From the NCBI GenBank assembly GCA_030770535.1, contig JASVEC010000028.1:310001-374000 (forward strand): DNA of 64,000 nucleotides, given 5' to 3'. The notes beneath the pieces were generated by a model. That model searched no databases. It saw nothing but the letters and a program-made list of their open reading frames with translations, and was not told the DNA's origin. Made by a program: the position numbers and the translations under genes. The DNA is from Batkoa obscura. Its lineage: Eukaryota. Shown in pieces: positions 1-13,755 of this stretch (the first letter of the stretch is position 1; each line of letters opens with the position of its first letter).

Positions 1-1113
1 TATAATTATTATATCAAAATACATGTATTTTTAACTGTTTATATATTTATCATTTATTATTATTTATTTATTTATTTATTTATCTAGTGTTAAGTAGTTA
101 AGCTTATGTATTCTATTTTATAATATTTTGTAGAGGGTAGTTAGTATGATAGGTACGTCCTTAATGCCCTATGTTTCAACTATGATAGTATGACTTCAAT
201 AGTATAGACAAAGACAATAACATGATGGTTGATTAAGGGTATCTAAATCATGTGCTTAGTAAAAAATCAGTCAAAATTTTATTCTTTGGGTAAATTTTTA
301 TATGATATTTTCCCAAAGGAATAAGAAATAAGATAGTTTGAATTAAAGTAGTACTAAAGAGTAAAATTGAAGTTTGAGTTTCATTTATTAAGCCATTTAA
401 AATATTTTGTTTTAAGTCTCTTATTGAAATATTAGTATTATAAGTTAACTCACAAATATTATGATGGAAAGGCTTTATTAATAAAATTAATAAAATAAAA
501 TTTAAATGTAATAATAAAATTAATAAGAATAGTAGCTTTAACTAGAATCAATGATAAATAGAATTTTGAAATAGAATTTTTTTTATGCCTTAATTAAAGA
601 CAACTCGTTCTTTATAACTTAGTCATCTGATTGGAAGATAAATAAAGTAGGATTTCATTCTTATATTATTAATTCTTTTTATTAATCAATCTATTTTCCT
701 CTATTTATTAAACGAGCAAAGTTGTACTTTAAATGCGTAACATTTCTGAAGTTTTTTAAATTATATTTTATTATCCCTTTTTAAAGTTGAAATGAGTACT
801 GTAAATGTAATATTAACTACTATTTAATTTTAAACTGAGAATGATTTAAAGTTAGTAAAATTATTATAATTTAATAAAGCTTTAATGATATAAAATCTTA
901 ATCCTCTAGTAATTTCAATTTTAGACTGTGAGAATTTTAGAATGACCAAATTCCTATTAGATCATTTTCTATAAAAAAATAAACTGGGAGTAATTTTAGA
1001 TGACTATCAAAACAGTGACAATCATGATTATCAAAAAATAAAAGACAATAAATTTAAACAAATTTTGGTCTACCTTTTTATTTTACGTTATACTGTTATC
1101 TTTACTTTAAACT

Positions 1114-1959
1114 ATGAAATCTATTCCTTTTGTCACTCTTATCTTGCTAAACTTAATTGTAGCGGAATCTATCCCTAGTTCTAATACATTTAATAATTTA
1201 AACCATGCAGTTGATAATAATCAAATTCAATTTACAGATTCTGAGAATCGAATTTCATTTGATGAAAACCATACAAATAAATTAAATTCAGTTACAAAAA
1301 GGATATTAAATAATAATAAAAAAGATTCAGATTTATTAGGAGAAGAGGAAGAAGAAGTAGGAGAAGTAGAAGAAGCTCACGAAAAGAAGACCGGACTAAA
1401 ATTGCCTGGTTTAAAGCTGTCAGTAAAGCTTACCCCAGAAAGACTTGAAGAGCTCCTCAATGGTCAATTTAACTTAAAATTATTTGGTATTAAGCCAGCA
1501 GTTACTAATTTGATCTTTAAAACAGCCTTAACTCAATTTCATAACTTACAAGTTCATATAGTCGATCTTGGGCTTTCAGCTTTTTATAAATTCAATTCTT
1601 TTTTTATCGATAACATATTTAGTGTTTATGTAAACATAGCTTCTCGTCTTATTAAGAATGAGAAACCACAACAACACCGTTTTCTTGAACGTCATCCACA
1701 ATTAACCGAATACCTTGCAGTTCTCTTTCGCCATCATTCTGGGATTTTTAATGGTCGTTTTGGTGGTCATATTAGAAACACCCTTGCAAAGGCTAAGAAA
1801 AGATCGCCTCAAGCTTATGAGAAATATATTCAACATCTTGATAATGTGTTTGCAGATAACCCTATTATTCCTAGCGATGTTTATAACAACGTCGTTCATA
1901 ATGAGGTTGGCAAGGATGGTGGGGAAGTTGTTCATGACTTTGAGGATGATAAAATTTAA
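1114..1959 (+). CDS. Hypothetical secreted protein, 281 aa, single exon
   Basis: Long ORF with a signal-peptide-like start (MKSIPFVTLILLNLIVAES), an acidic tract and host-like codon usage; no recognisable domain. Confidence 0.7.
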   Translation: MKSIPFVTLILLNLIVAESIPSSNTFNNLNHAVDNNQIQFTDSENRISFDENHTNKLNSVTKRILNNNKKDSDLLGEEEEEVGEVEEAHEKKTGLKLPGLKLSVKLTPERLEELLNGQFNLKLFGIKPAVTNLIFKTALTQFHNLQVHIVDLGLSAFYKFNSFFIDNIFSVYVNIASRLIKNEKPQQHRFLERHPQLTEYLAVLFRHHSGIFNGRFGGHIRNTLAKAKKRSPQAYEKYIQHLDNVFADNPIIPSDVYNNVVHNEVGKDGGEVVHDFEDDKI

Positions 1960-2299
1960 TAAAGTTATTTTTATTATATACCAAAAATGTGGTTTTGTGC
2001 TTTGCCTATGATCCCTTGAAAAGTAGATTTTAAAAATAATTGAAACTATTATATATAAATAATAAAGCACTAACAAAAAATTCTAACTGTTTTTATTATT
2101 GTCATTATCTCATTTACTCCTTGCATAGTTAAATATCAAATAAAGTTTACATTATTATTTGATATTACACTCCATCGCCTTTAAACTCATATTATAAAAT
2201 ATATTAACTCAAATTACATCTTAACTATCAGTTTACATTGTTCCCAACAGCAACAACGATGAGTGACCTATAATCAAATCCTGGTTTCTAATCTCAATT

Positions 2300-3137
2300 T
2301 CAATCCTTGTTAAAGCTCAAGCTTTGGTAAGAGTGATGTTTATTCAGTCCGGGAAACCCCATAATAGGTTGTGGAGGATTAGGCAAAGAGCTAGCATCCT
2401 CAATAAAATCAGAATATTGTACTTGGTTCAAAGCTGCATTAATTTCCATAGCCAATTCAGCATTTGATCGAAGCTTAGAATTACTTAGTAATGGATTATA
2501 CGTTCGATCAATGAGACCATCAAAGGAGGGGTTAGCTAATATTATAGTGGAGGTATTAATGCCCCTTATTGTGCTTGCTTGTTGATAGTTTTTTATTGCA
2601 TTTTGGGACATATTGCTGGAGCCATAATAAGATAAATATAATTCATCCAAATATTGACGATACGCTTTCCAATTGCCGCGGATGTCATTAGGAGCTAATA
2701 ATTGAGGGACGAAAGAAAGAATTATGTAACATAAACCAGAGGAGGCTACGAAGTAGCATGCTATGACATTAATTTCATTGCTCTTTTGATAGATTATTAA
2801 GGAAAATAGTATATAACATAGACCTCGCCCTCGAAAGGTAGATAGGAACCGGAAGTAATGGACGATTAATGGGTCGGTGTAGATTTCATTAATTAGCAAT
2901 AATAAGCTAAATCCGCTAGAATTTTCTAATTTTAGTATCCATTCAGATTTATAATTAATTAAAGATTAGTTACCAAGATATCCCATTAAATATAATTACG
3001 TTTTCTACCTGACCGATAATGGTTAGTATCGAAGCAGCGGCTATGGCTCCATAAATTATAAAATTCCAAAAATTGAACAAGAGCAGTAGAGTATATATAT
3101 TGAAATAGTTTAATAATTTGGATGTCTTTTGTTTCAT
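2300..3137 (-). CDS. COPI-associated/TVP15-like Golgi membrane protein, 2 exons (3137-2974, 2915-2300)
   Basis: ATG at 3137, GT-AG intron 2973-2916; hydrophobic helices and the motif YFRFLSTFRGRGLCYILF typical of the COPI_assoc family. Confidence 0.7.
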
Positions 3138-4989
3138 ATCAACTAATAAAAAAAGGAAAAAGAAATGGTAAGAATAAAAAAATCTCTTCTCTTTTAGTTT
3201 ATTTATTTATTTTTATAACTTTTTATCAACAATGACATTTTAGTTCCGTTATTGACCTTTAGCGCTCACTTGCAATTTTAATAAACTTGAAAAAATTGTT
3301 GGCCAATCATTTTACATAATTTTCTTAAGTTTAATTTTTCAAAAAAAGAAGGTAGAAAATTTGAAGTTCTAGACTAAGTTGAAAATTCCAAAGTTTATTA
3401 AATACAATGCCACTGTAAACTGATAAACTCGAAGTTAAATTGCTTATTTTTATTTCTTTTTCTCATTAAATATACGCTTTAGGGTTTATATATACTATAT
3501 TGACCTGTTATTACGAGTAGCAACGTTACTAAATTATGATAAAATAGAACACAAAAATGGACTTAATGAACCTTTTAGTTTCAAATAAAGTAAATTCAAA
3601 TTTCAGCTTCAATTTTAAACTACTTTTTTAGTTGATTTTCATTTTTGCCAATTTCTGAAAAAATGAATTGTTCGTAGCTAATTATAATAATATAATGGAT
3701 CTATAGTTTTATCCATTTCGAATACACAATTTAAAATTTTTATTAATAATCTAAAAGCAAAGGGTTTTCTAAAAAAGCTATTCCAAATTTGTGTAAATAT
3801 CACCAACAAACTATAGCTAAATTTTTGCGATTTTCCCACGCTTTTGCAAAAGATGACACTTAAAAAGTTACTAGAAATAGAGCGCAAGCTAGATGGTAAA
3901 GGAAACATGATTAAATGTTATATAGGTTTGAAGCCAAGGCTGGAATACTGAACTTATACTTTGATTTGGGGATCTAATTTATGCGTCACTTTAAGTTGAA
4001 AAAAGATACAGGAAATGCAGCAGTGCATTAAAGTCTATGATCTTTGAAGACTATAAAGGTTTCATCATACATTGATATAATTAGTTGCATCTTCAAAGGA
4101 CTATCTATTACCAGCTTATATTTATGGAATTTAAATTTTATAACGGAATTTTAAGAGCATAAATCGACGTTAGCAGGGATACTTTGCATATAAAAATACT
4201 CTATGGAAGATGTTTGAAGATTCGTTGGCTTGATAAGGCGATTAAAAGATTCAGTGGGCTTGCTTCCTATATAAAAGGCTTGTAAAATACTATGACCTGA
4301 GAAATTTTACTACTGCCTTGGATGGAACATAGGAAAATTATAAGCTACCATTATATGAAAAAGATAACAGTTCTAGAAGGCATTCTTCATTTGATCCTAA
4401 GATAGGTATTATAAGGTTTAATAGTAAGTTTGTATTTATGCTTAACTCCATTAGCTCATTAAATATTACAATAAAAGAAATAATTGTAATAAACAAGAGG
4501 TAATAGAAGAGGTTTTATTAAAGAAAACCTTATCAGAATCAAAAGACTTGACCAAATAGATGTCTTTATTGGCCACCAAAATTATTAAATCATAAATAAA
4601 AATGTCGAAATACTTTATAAATTGTATAATGAGATTATATGAGAATGTTTATTTTCCTTTCGGACGTTTGTTTACTATTAGACCTATGAGCTGAAAATTA
4701 CAACCAGCTTAATAACTAATAAGGTACGCTAATATCTATTATTTTTTATTATATACTACTATAGTGCATGAGGTTATTTACATTAGCTTTGAATAAAGCA
4801 AAGTTCATTCAATTTTTTCTATTGGTTTCGCCATTTAGAATAATTGCAAAACACTCATCTAGTTTTCTTTATGTTATAAGCGTCAGTTAACCAAATAGCC
4901 CCAAATACTTCCTCTAATTTCTCAAAAGCTTTCAAAGCCTTCCTCTATAACGACCAGCCAATACGGTCAACATAAGCTTATAATTAAAA

Positions 4990-5683
4990 TCACTACTCCA
5001 AATGGTACTGACTCAACTGTCAACCCTTATAAGGGCATAAAAACTGAACGTATTTTTAGCGAGGTAAAAATTTAAATAGCATGGTTCATCCCACAGTCAC
5101 ATTCTTTCTGAAGGGATTACTACCATTAAAATTTTAATTTTCAGAATTAAAGGATAAATCTGATAAAAGAGCCAGAAATAATTTTTTTTTCACTTATTTA
5201 CTAACTACTGGCACTACAAGCTCTAATATCAATTTTTTTACAGACATAACCTTACCCACGCTCATACCTTTGTTGATATTTTCAAAATTTCTGCTTTAAA
5301 TCTCGATTTTATTGTGGCTAAAGATGGTATATTTGCTGATGGTTAGTCCGGTTTGATCTTGGAAAACGTATTATAATCAAAACCGATGATTCATTGATTT
5401 ATTTCCACCATTACTTCAGTACTATCAGTTATTAAGAACTTGTGAATCCACATATTAAAGTTACCGTGAAACTTCTGAGAGTAGTAAAATCACTGTCAAT
5501 CCGGTTAAGGATGAACATGGTGCCTTTATTAAGGATAAAATCAGAAACCTTGACAAACTCGGTTTAGCTTGTACTTAAAAGGGTATGTAAGGAATTAACC
5601 TTGTTGGTGCTGGGCCATTTGTCACTACTAGACTTAATGAACCATCCCATAAAAGAGGATTTGGCTTTACTTTTAGAAACTAA
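4990..5683 (+). pseudogene. Degenerate coding relic of unknown family
   Basis: Codon-like stretches with in-frame stops, e.g. VKDEHGAFIKDKIRNLDKLGLACT*KGM*GINLVGAGPFVTTRLN (5504-5640) and SALNLDFIVAKDGIFADG*SGLILEN; boundaries approximate. Confidence 0.35.
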
Positions 5684-6140
5684 TTTTTGGCAATAAAATA
5701 AAACATACTATTTTAACATAACAAAACTCTATTGTTTTATTTGCTTTAATAACAGTTAATCATATTAAGTAAAGCTTGACTTATGTTTAAAAAAGCGGTA
5801 GTAAATGATTAAAAATAGCTATAAGCTTTTTTATCATGTTATGTTTGTTATCTTGGATTAACAAATACTGCCTCAGCAACTTACTTTTTAGTAAACATTT
5901 ACAATTTAACAAAGGAATTGGATTTGAAATGTTTATTAAAAGTTATAATAAATAGCTGTTGATAAAAAACCATCAATGTTTTTAGTAACTGATTAATATT
6001 TTCATTTGATGATAAATTTTATTTATTGCTATTTGAAGCAGTTTACATGTAACCAAAAAGCGATTAAATGGTAAAGTATATTAATATTAATTCTAAATTA
6101 AAAGTAAAACAGTGGATTTAATTTTCTTTTAAATACTTTA

Positions 6141-6652
6141 TTAGCAATTCACCTCTTTTGACCTGAAAACTCCGCACTTACTATAATCGAAATTGAGATC
6201 GGGGTGTTTATAAGTGTCAATCATATTTCCGCTAGTATAAACCATACAACTTTGTATAGACAAACATATAGCTTCAACAACGTCACATGAGTTTCTTGTT
6301 ATTTTGACGTTCGAAGCTGAACCATCAACAACTTTTCCTGTCCATTGAACGGAGTCATTATTATGTTTGAATATTGCATCTCCATTCAATACGCCATTCC
6401 TATTTCTATCTTTAAGTGTTAAATGTAAATAGTGAGAAGTACTTACCCTGAGCGTAGATCCAGATGACTGGCACTGTAATCTCCCATCTTTTAAAACTTG
6501 CGTGAAGCCTCTAACAGCCTTACAGCCTATTTTAATATACCCGCCATGATTAACTCTATGGGTCTGATTGTTACTCTTATTTTCAACCCACCACTCTGAG
6601 TTGAATTCTACCCCTTTAAAATATGAAATGGTAAAGACAGTGAGGATAAATT
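6141..6652 (-). CDS. Small Cys-containing, probably secreted protein; start codon unclear, possibly a pseudogene
   Basis: Exon KFILTVFTISYFKGVEFNSEWWVEN...QCQSSGSTLR, a GTAAGT donor at 6446, then ORF 6141-6389; no clear in-frame ATG. Confidence 0.4.
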
Positions 6653-6797
6653 TATTTAAATAAATATGAGTAGGCTAATTTCTTAACGGAAGTTTATATA
6701 ATATACACTATAATAGTAAAACATCTTGCTTAGCGAAGGCTATTTCAGTAAAATTCCCTCTTTATGTACTTATTTTTTATAATTTTATTATACATAT

Positions 6798-6889
6798 GGG
6801 GATGTTTTTTTTGTTTAATTTTACTAACAATCTTTCTGCTTAAATAGCGCTTAAAAAATGGAAAAAGTGATGAAACCAAAAAACATCTC
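6798..6889 (+). mobile_element. ~100-bp MITE (GGGGATGT family)
   Basis: ATAT|GGGGATGTTTTT...CTTAAATAGCGCTTAAAAAATGGAAAAAGTGATGAAACCAAAAAACATCTC; matches the other copies. Confidence 0.85.
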
Positions 6890-8283
6890 TGTTGAATTTT
6901 ACAATTTTTTTAAAGAATTCTTGAAAGGGCGAGGCTTCAAGTAGTTTAATAAAAAGCAAAACCACATAAGATAAATGTAGCAGGCAGATGAGATATGGCC
7001 TTGTATTTCATAACTTGTTTGTTTGTGGAAATATAACTAATCTCTAGGAATATTGTTTTTGCTAAGCTAGTTTTAATTCTATAAAAAATGGTCTTATTTA
7101 TTTAATGTTATATAAAAAACTAACTGATAAACGTAATAACCGTATCTAAATTTTGTTCTTATTTAAATCAAACGATATATTGTTTTATTATGTGAATATT
7201 CTAATTCATATTTTCATCTCAGTCATATACGTATTAAAAGGCTATATCCGCTGCCAATACTAAACTAAACATCAAGCAAGCCATCCAAGGCATTGGTGCG
7301 TTAAGAAAAACTAAAGGACTGGTGTTAACCCAATGTATTTAGAAATACAATAGATCAAGGTAGACTATTTCTTATATACTGAAGTCAATTAAAATCAGCT
7401 TAATGCTTGATATTTCTCAATAATAATATTATATTCATCTGATTTTTTATTTACTTTAAAGTATTAAAAAGTTACTTCATTATTAGTTGGTCATTAGTTT
7501 TTTTAAAATAATTGAAAATATTCAATCATATATAAAGTATGTTATGAAAATTACAGTGATATCTGATGCATTAGTTGCTTTCGTGAGTTATCTAAAAGAT
7601 TTGTAATAAAAAGTATATGATAAATAATGTAAAGTACATCTTAATTAAATAGTAAAGTTGGTATTTATTAATGCCATAGTTGAGATTAAATTAACTTTCA
7701 AAATTATCACTAAAATTAAAATTAATATTGGCTCTAGAATAGAATTAATGATAATGTTGGTTCTAGAGTCCAAGCCAATGTTAATGTTGTAGTTAAGATA
7801 TTTTTAATTATAAGCTTAAATTTTTGTTACATTGTTATTTTTAACTGAAACATAAAATGGTGCTTAGTATTTAATGATGGAATTTAAAATTCCTATCCTT
7901 CTTTATGAGAAGTGCTAACAAACAATTATAAGAGCAAGGTATTTTTCGACTAAATTTTAGTTAGTGAGTTAAAGTCATTAATAGTAGTCCTGTAGTTCTT
8001 AAATCTAACTGCTTAATGAATGCAAAATTTCCAAGTAGGCTTCAATTTTCGTTGCAATTTTTTGAACTGATAAATGTGTTCAAAAAACCATTTTCACTAA
8101 CAATCCAATTCCAAAAATTTAAATCCAAAAAAACAATGCAATTTAATTGGTTTAAAAGTTGAGAAAATTTTTAAATTTTGTTCAGACATGGGGAGCGTAA
8201 AATTTTATCAAAAGTAGTGAATATACTCCTTTCTCTTTCACTCCTTTTGGACGATAATAAAGTATTTGATTTGTCTATTAAAA

Positions 8284-8849
8284 ATGGTAATACCTTTGTT
8301 TTTATTCATTTTTAATACTTGAATAGACGAGCTCGTACTTTAAATGCAAAAAATTCGGAAACAAGCTGATTTTACAATAAAAAATATAGAAACATGAAGT
8401 AAAATACAAATAAACTAATCCTATTCTGATAAGGTTAAAGCTTACGAACTCCGTGAAAAATCCAAAGCCGAGCTTACTCAACAATTAAATGAGCTTAAGC
8501 AAGAGCTTTCCAAACTTCGTGTACAACAAGTTGTCAACCCACAATCAAGCCAACTTTCCCACATGTAATTTTATACTAGTATAAATATTTTGTAAGAAAA
8601 AACTAATATTAAATTAGCACTCAAGTACGTAAATCCATTGCTCGTGTATTAACTGTCATGACTTCCAATGCTCGTGCTAACCTCCGTGAGCTTTACAGCG
8701 GAAAAAAGCACCTTCCTCTTGATCTCCGTGCCAAGAAGACTCGTGCTATCCGTCGTCAACTTACCAAGGAAGAACTTAGCCGTAAAACCGTTAAGCAAAC
8801 TAAACGTGAACGTCACTTCCCTGCTCGTAAGTACGCCATCAAGGCTTAA
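8284..8849 (+). CDS. RPL35: 60S ribosomal protein L35 (uL29), 3 exons (8284-8286, 8434-8564, 8618-8849)
   Basis: [31 protein letters not shown]...[11 protein letters not shown]...[18 protein letters not shown]...[12 protein letters not shown] introns. Confidence 0.97.
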
Positions 8850-9903
8850 AATAAGTTATAAGTAATAAATATTAACCAAAAAACGAATCAATTGAGAGGA
8901 AGTGCCCTTTGTTATACAGATTATCTTGATTAAATTGTATACTATATGCTTATGGATTAACCTGTTTTAGGTAATTTTTTGTGGAATTATAATGGACTAT
9001 AGTTTGTTTTTTGAATATTTGACATTCGCTTTTAATGAATATGGTAGTTATGATAACAAATGAAATTGCAAATGAGTGCTAAGGATTATGCCAATACTAA
9101 CAAATATCCAAATATTTATAACAGAGAATACTCTTAATCCAATTCAAGTTTTTTAATAGTATTTGAAAATGATTTAACACAATGAGTGCCTAGTCCTTTC
9201 AATGTTTTTTAATTATTTTAATTATTATATATACATTTGAGAATGCTGACAATAAAAACAAATTTAATTTTTTAACAAAATAAACCTTTTAAGACTAACC
9301 TGTATAACTTATCTCATATAATATTGCCCTTTTGATAAACAAATAATAATTGTTGTAGAATACTTAATTCCACAATGGACTAGTGAGATAAAGAAATGAT
9401 ATAGTGCTAAAGCTTTTAGTCGATATGATAAAGAAAATCAAAAGTACAAAACGAGATAGTATATTTATCTTGCAGCATGAAAATTTATTCTGCAAACCTT
9501 AAAGGAATAATCAATATTCAAAGCACTGTTTAACATTGTGTACACAAATTTCTCGGATATTTAACTTAGAGCTAAAATTATTAGCATCTAAGCAAACTTT
9601 ACATGGGATATAACATTACAAAAGACTTATTTAAAAATTACTTTAAAAATACTAATTCAATTTAATATAAATAAAAAATAATTAAAAGCTACAAAATAAA
9701 CCAAGTAAAAACAAAAAATTATAATTTAAATTATAATTTATATAGTACAATAAAACAACCTAATGATTTAAAATATAATTTATATAACATTATAAAATAA
9801 ATTTCTTTTCAATATTTTAGATATACCGAATCAAAAACTTCTTATAAGAAATAATTGCACAAGTTAGCAGTAATATGATATCTATGTCTTAACTAATATT
9901 CTC

Positions 9904-10735
9904 CTAAAAACGTCCACGGCCTCCACCACGACCTCCACCAAAACCTCCACGGCCACCGCCTCCTCCTCTACCTCCTCCGCGACCTCCACCGAAACCTCCT
10001 CCACGACCTCCACCGAAACCTCCTCCACGGCCTCCACCGAAGCTTCCACCACGGCCTCCACCTCTACCTCCTCCAAACCCACCGCGGCCTCCACCACGGC
10101 CTCCACCTCTACCACCACCAAAACCTCCACGGCCTCCACCACGGGCACCTTTTGGACCTATAAAAAGTTAAGTTGTGTTATTTTTTAAAATGATTCAATT
10201 CTACCTTTAGGTTTAGAAGCTAATAGAAAAGTTAGATAGCTATCAAAATAAAAATGAATAATAACAAACCTTTATCAGCAGCAGGTTTAGGTAAGAAACG
10301 TTCGATTGGTAAAAGTTTTTCAGCAGCGATATAAAATTTATCGTCTTTTTTATAAGAGGTAGCAAGTACACCTTCGGATGGCTTGATAGTGAAATACTAA
10401 TAAAAAAATTATATTAATATGATATCACAATAAAATTATTTTCAATAAAACCCTACCACTTCGTTAAGAGGACCAAGGATTTCATCTACTTTACCAATCG
10501 GTCTTTTATTTTGTAAATAAATTGGAGCATTGAAATAAGGGATCTTAGCATTCGTTGATTTACATACTATATCTCCAGCAGTTGCATGGATGAAATAACC
10601 CATTTCTATACATTTATGTTTAGTATTCATGCTTTAAAGTTGAAATTTTTGAGATTTACCTATAACCTCAGAAGGTGGTTCGTTATAGTTATCACGTCCA
10701 CCAAAACTTCTTTTAAATCCACCACGAGAACCCAT
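9904..10735 (-). CDS. GAR1: H/ACA snoRNP subunit Gar1, multi-exon
   Basis: MGSRGGFK start; core [30 protein letters not shown]; long C-terminal RGG/GGFG repeat ending GRF*. Confidence 0.95.
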
Positions 10736-11306
10736 TTTCTAATTTGTTAAGGTTAAGCTTATTGTTTCTATTTGAGTTATAGGTTATTTTATTTACCTAT
10801 TTTCACTTAATATTAAATGTTAAGATTGTTAGCCTTTTTTATTCAATCTTTTTAAATTCTTGGAATTTATTATGGGATATTTAAAAATCTTCTTTAAAAG
10901 TCAAAATTTGAAAGTTGGTAGTTTTAATATTTCTAAAAATAAACGATAAATTTTCAAAAATTAAGCTTTAAATGAAAGTGAAGTTTATTACTATTAAACA
11001 CTTTAATGCTGAAAAAAATCCTAAAAGTACAGTTTTGATATATGTTATTTTTTTAACATAATTAAATCTATTTTTAAAACTATGCTTTTATATTATAATA
11101 TTATTTCATCATGTTAAGAATAGCTCATTTCACAGCACTCAGAAAGCTACACCTTTCACTTTAAAAAAACTCAGCTGCAAATTGATTATAAAAAAGCTGC
11201 GCATTTTAACCTCTAGTTAACGCAGTAAAGTAAGTAGTATAAAAGCAAACCAAAAGCTGAGCCTTCTATAAATTAATAACCCTTTTTAAAAAAAGAAAAT
11301 ATAACG

Positions 11307-12314
11307 ATGGCCGTACGTAAGTAACCAAATAACTAAAAAAAGTGAATAATAAAACTAATGGATTCTTTTCTTAATTTATTTTAGGCGCTCAATTTGAAAA
11401 TAATAATGAAATTGGTGTATTTTCTCGTTTAACCAACTCTTACTGCTTAGTTGCCATTGGTGGTTCTGAAAACTTTTATAGGTAACTAAACTAAACTATA
11501 GCAAAAGCAAACTTATTGAATAAAAAACAATAGTGTTTTTGAAGGTGAATTATCCGATGCCATGCCAGTAATTCATACTTCTATCGCTGGTACTAGAATT
11601 GTTGGTTCTCTTACCGTTGGTAACAAAAACGGTCTATTAGTTCCAAGTGGTACAACTGATCAAGTAAGTTGATACAGATGTAATAGTTAATGAATATTAA
11701 TCTACTATTTAGGAACTTCAACATTTGAGAAATTCTTTACCAGATAAAGTAGCTATCCAAAGGATAGAAGAGCGTTTATCTGCTTTAGGTAACGTAGTTG
11801 CCTGTAACGATTATGTAGCTTTAGTGCATCCTGATATTGATAGGGTAACAATTAATAAGGCATAGCTTCAAAGAAAGTAGTTGACATTTTCTTAGGAAAC
11901 AGAAGAGATCATTGCTGATGTTTTACAAGTTGAAGTATTTAGACATACTGTAGCAGATAATGTACTAGTTGGTAGTTTCTGTTCATTCAGTAATCAAGGT
12001 GGTATGGTTCATCCTTCCACTAGTATTCAAGATCAAGACGAACTTTCTTCTCTTTTACAAGTACCTTTAGTTGTAAGTAATTTTGATTAAGAAAAAAAGA
12101 AAATGTATTTATTTTTATTTAGGCAGGTACTGTAAATCGAGGATCTAATGTACTTGGAGCAGGATTAGTAGTCAATGATTGGGCTGCTTTTTGTGGTATG
12201 GATACTACAGCAACTGAACTTTCAGTTGTTGAAAGTATCTTCAAACTTCAAGATGCTAAACCATCAGCGTTTATCAATGATATGCGTGATTCTTTGGTTG
12301 ATAACTATGCTTAA
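11307..12314 (+). CDS. TIF6: Eukaryotic translation initiation factor 6, 6 exons
   Basis: [35 protein letters not shown]...[18 protein letters not shown]...AGTVNRGS...[16 protein letters not shown]. Confidence 0.97.
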
Positions 12315-12468
12315 ACCCAACTTTTCTCTTATTTATAAAAAAAATAGACTTTTTTTATAATGGATAATTATTTTTATGTGTTAAAATTCAAACTTTTATA
12401 AGAATATGAGTATTAAAATAAAAATAATTACATTAATATTACTTAATTTTAATTTCTGTTTTTTATTT

Positions 12469-13755
12469 TTAAACTTTTGTATCCTCACTCTCATTTACTT
12501 CCTTTCTATCCTGTATTTTAGCCAACTGCTTTCCAATACTTAAAGCCAATTCATTATCGGCTGCTGCATTAGCCAAGGATAAGGCTTTTGAAAGGCATGC
12601 TTGAGCTTGATCAAAATCTTTTTTAAGGCTATAAAAACTTGCCAAAGTTTTCATTGCAGTAGCACCAGATACTTCACCATCAATAGTACGATGATGATAT
12701 GGTTCAGATGTTTTATAAGATTTCCATGCCCATGGTAAACTCTCTTCTACAGATCCTGTCTTTCCATATGTTGTTTGGGCAATGTAACCTAATACAATGG
12801 ACTCAATAGCTCCCCATGGATGTAATGGTTTAGTTTCAGTGTTTGAAGAAGTATCTTTATTTTGAGTTTCATTATTACTAATTGCTGGATTTAACTTTTG
12901 TATATCTTTTAAACAATTGAAATAAAGGTTTAAAGCTAAGTCATATTCCTTTTTTAAAGTTGAATTTAAAGCTAATTGAATACGATAATCTAAATTAATT
13001 TTCTCAAAACTTATATGATTGATAGTCAATTTAGTTAAACTATCTTTAAACTCGCTCTCTTGAATTCGATCTTTAAATTTTTCTGATAATTCAAACCCAT
13101 TAATTAAATGTTCTTTTGCTAAATCGTATTGTTTCATTTGAGTATATAATCCACTTATCTGTAAACCAGCTTGAAGTAATTTGATTAATTTTAATTGATC
13201 AAAAGCCACTCCTTTATTCCCCATTAAACTATACCAAACTTGTAAATAACAATCAAGTGCATCTTGATATTGTTTTCTAATCTTAAAATTTTCTCCTAAT
13301 CGAAAATTGACATCAATTAATTCAATAGAATCCATAGCAACCTCATGATCTAATAATATCTTTTCTTTTGCTTTGGTTAAATACATTTCTACTAAAGCTG
13401 GATCCGGTTGATATTCTTCACGTAAATAAGCACCACGAAGATAGCTTCGAACTTCGGAAGAGAGTTTATCACTGGTTGGATGCAAATAAAATTCAATGTA
13501 AAGATGAGTAAAGAACCATGCTCCTAATGCAAATCCAGTTAGCGAAGCTGAAATTACAAATGCTAAACCAAGGCGTCGACCAGGACCTAATAGCTGAGAA
13601 CGGAAAGTGTTAGTTTTATATAATATAGGTTGGCCTTGGGTGGTTGAATATAAAATAATTAGCCTCTTGGTCGGCAATACTGTTTTTATTAAGGGCTTTA
13701 AGGTACTGCTTCGCTGCAGTAGGTTGGCTTGACGATAAATGAGTTTCAATAACAT
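12469..13755 (-). CDS. TPR-like helical-repeat protein with N-terminal presequence-like segment and one TM helix, 428 aa
   Basis: Single long ORF; basic Ser/Thr-rich N-terminus, TM LGLAFVISASLTGFALGAWFF, TPR-like helices (YQDALDCYLQV, YDLAKEHLING, FDQAQACLSKAL). Confidence 0.75.
   Translation of the reverse strand: MLLKLIYRQANLLQRSSTLKPLIKTVLPTKRLIILYSTTQGQPILYKTNTFRSQLLGPGRRLGLAFVISASLTGFALGAWFFTHLYIEFYLHPTSDKLSSEVRSYLRGAYLREEYQPDPALVEMYLTKAKEKILLDHEVAMDSIELIDVNFRLGENFKIRKQYQDALDCYLQVWYSLMGNKGVAFDQLKLIKLLQAGLQISGLYTQMKQYDLAKEHLINGFELSEKFKDRIQESEFKDSLTKLTINHISFEKINLDYRIQLALNSTLKKEYDLALNLYFNCLKDIQKLNPAISNNETQNKDTSSNTETKPLHPWGAIESIVLGYIAQTTYGKTGSVEESLPWAWKSYKTSEPYHHRTIDGEVSGATAMKTLASFYSLKKDFDQAQACLSKALSLANAAADNELALSIGKQLAKIQDRKEVNESEDTKV

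Noticed and set aside
1702..2076. ORFs 1702-2076 (-) and 1715-2011 (+)
   Set aside because: Shadow frames overlapping the 281-aa gene
3678..3908. 76-aa minus-strand ORF
   Set aside because: Short, AT-rich, no motif or splice support
9882..10148. 88-aa V/E/A-rich ORF
   Set aside because: Alternative frame of the GAR1 RGG-repeat exon
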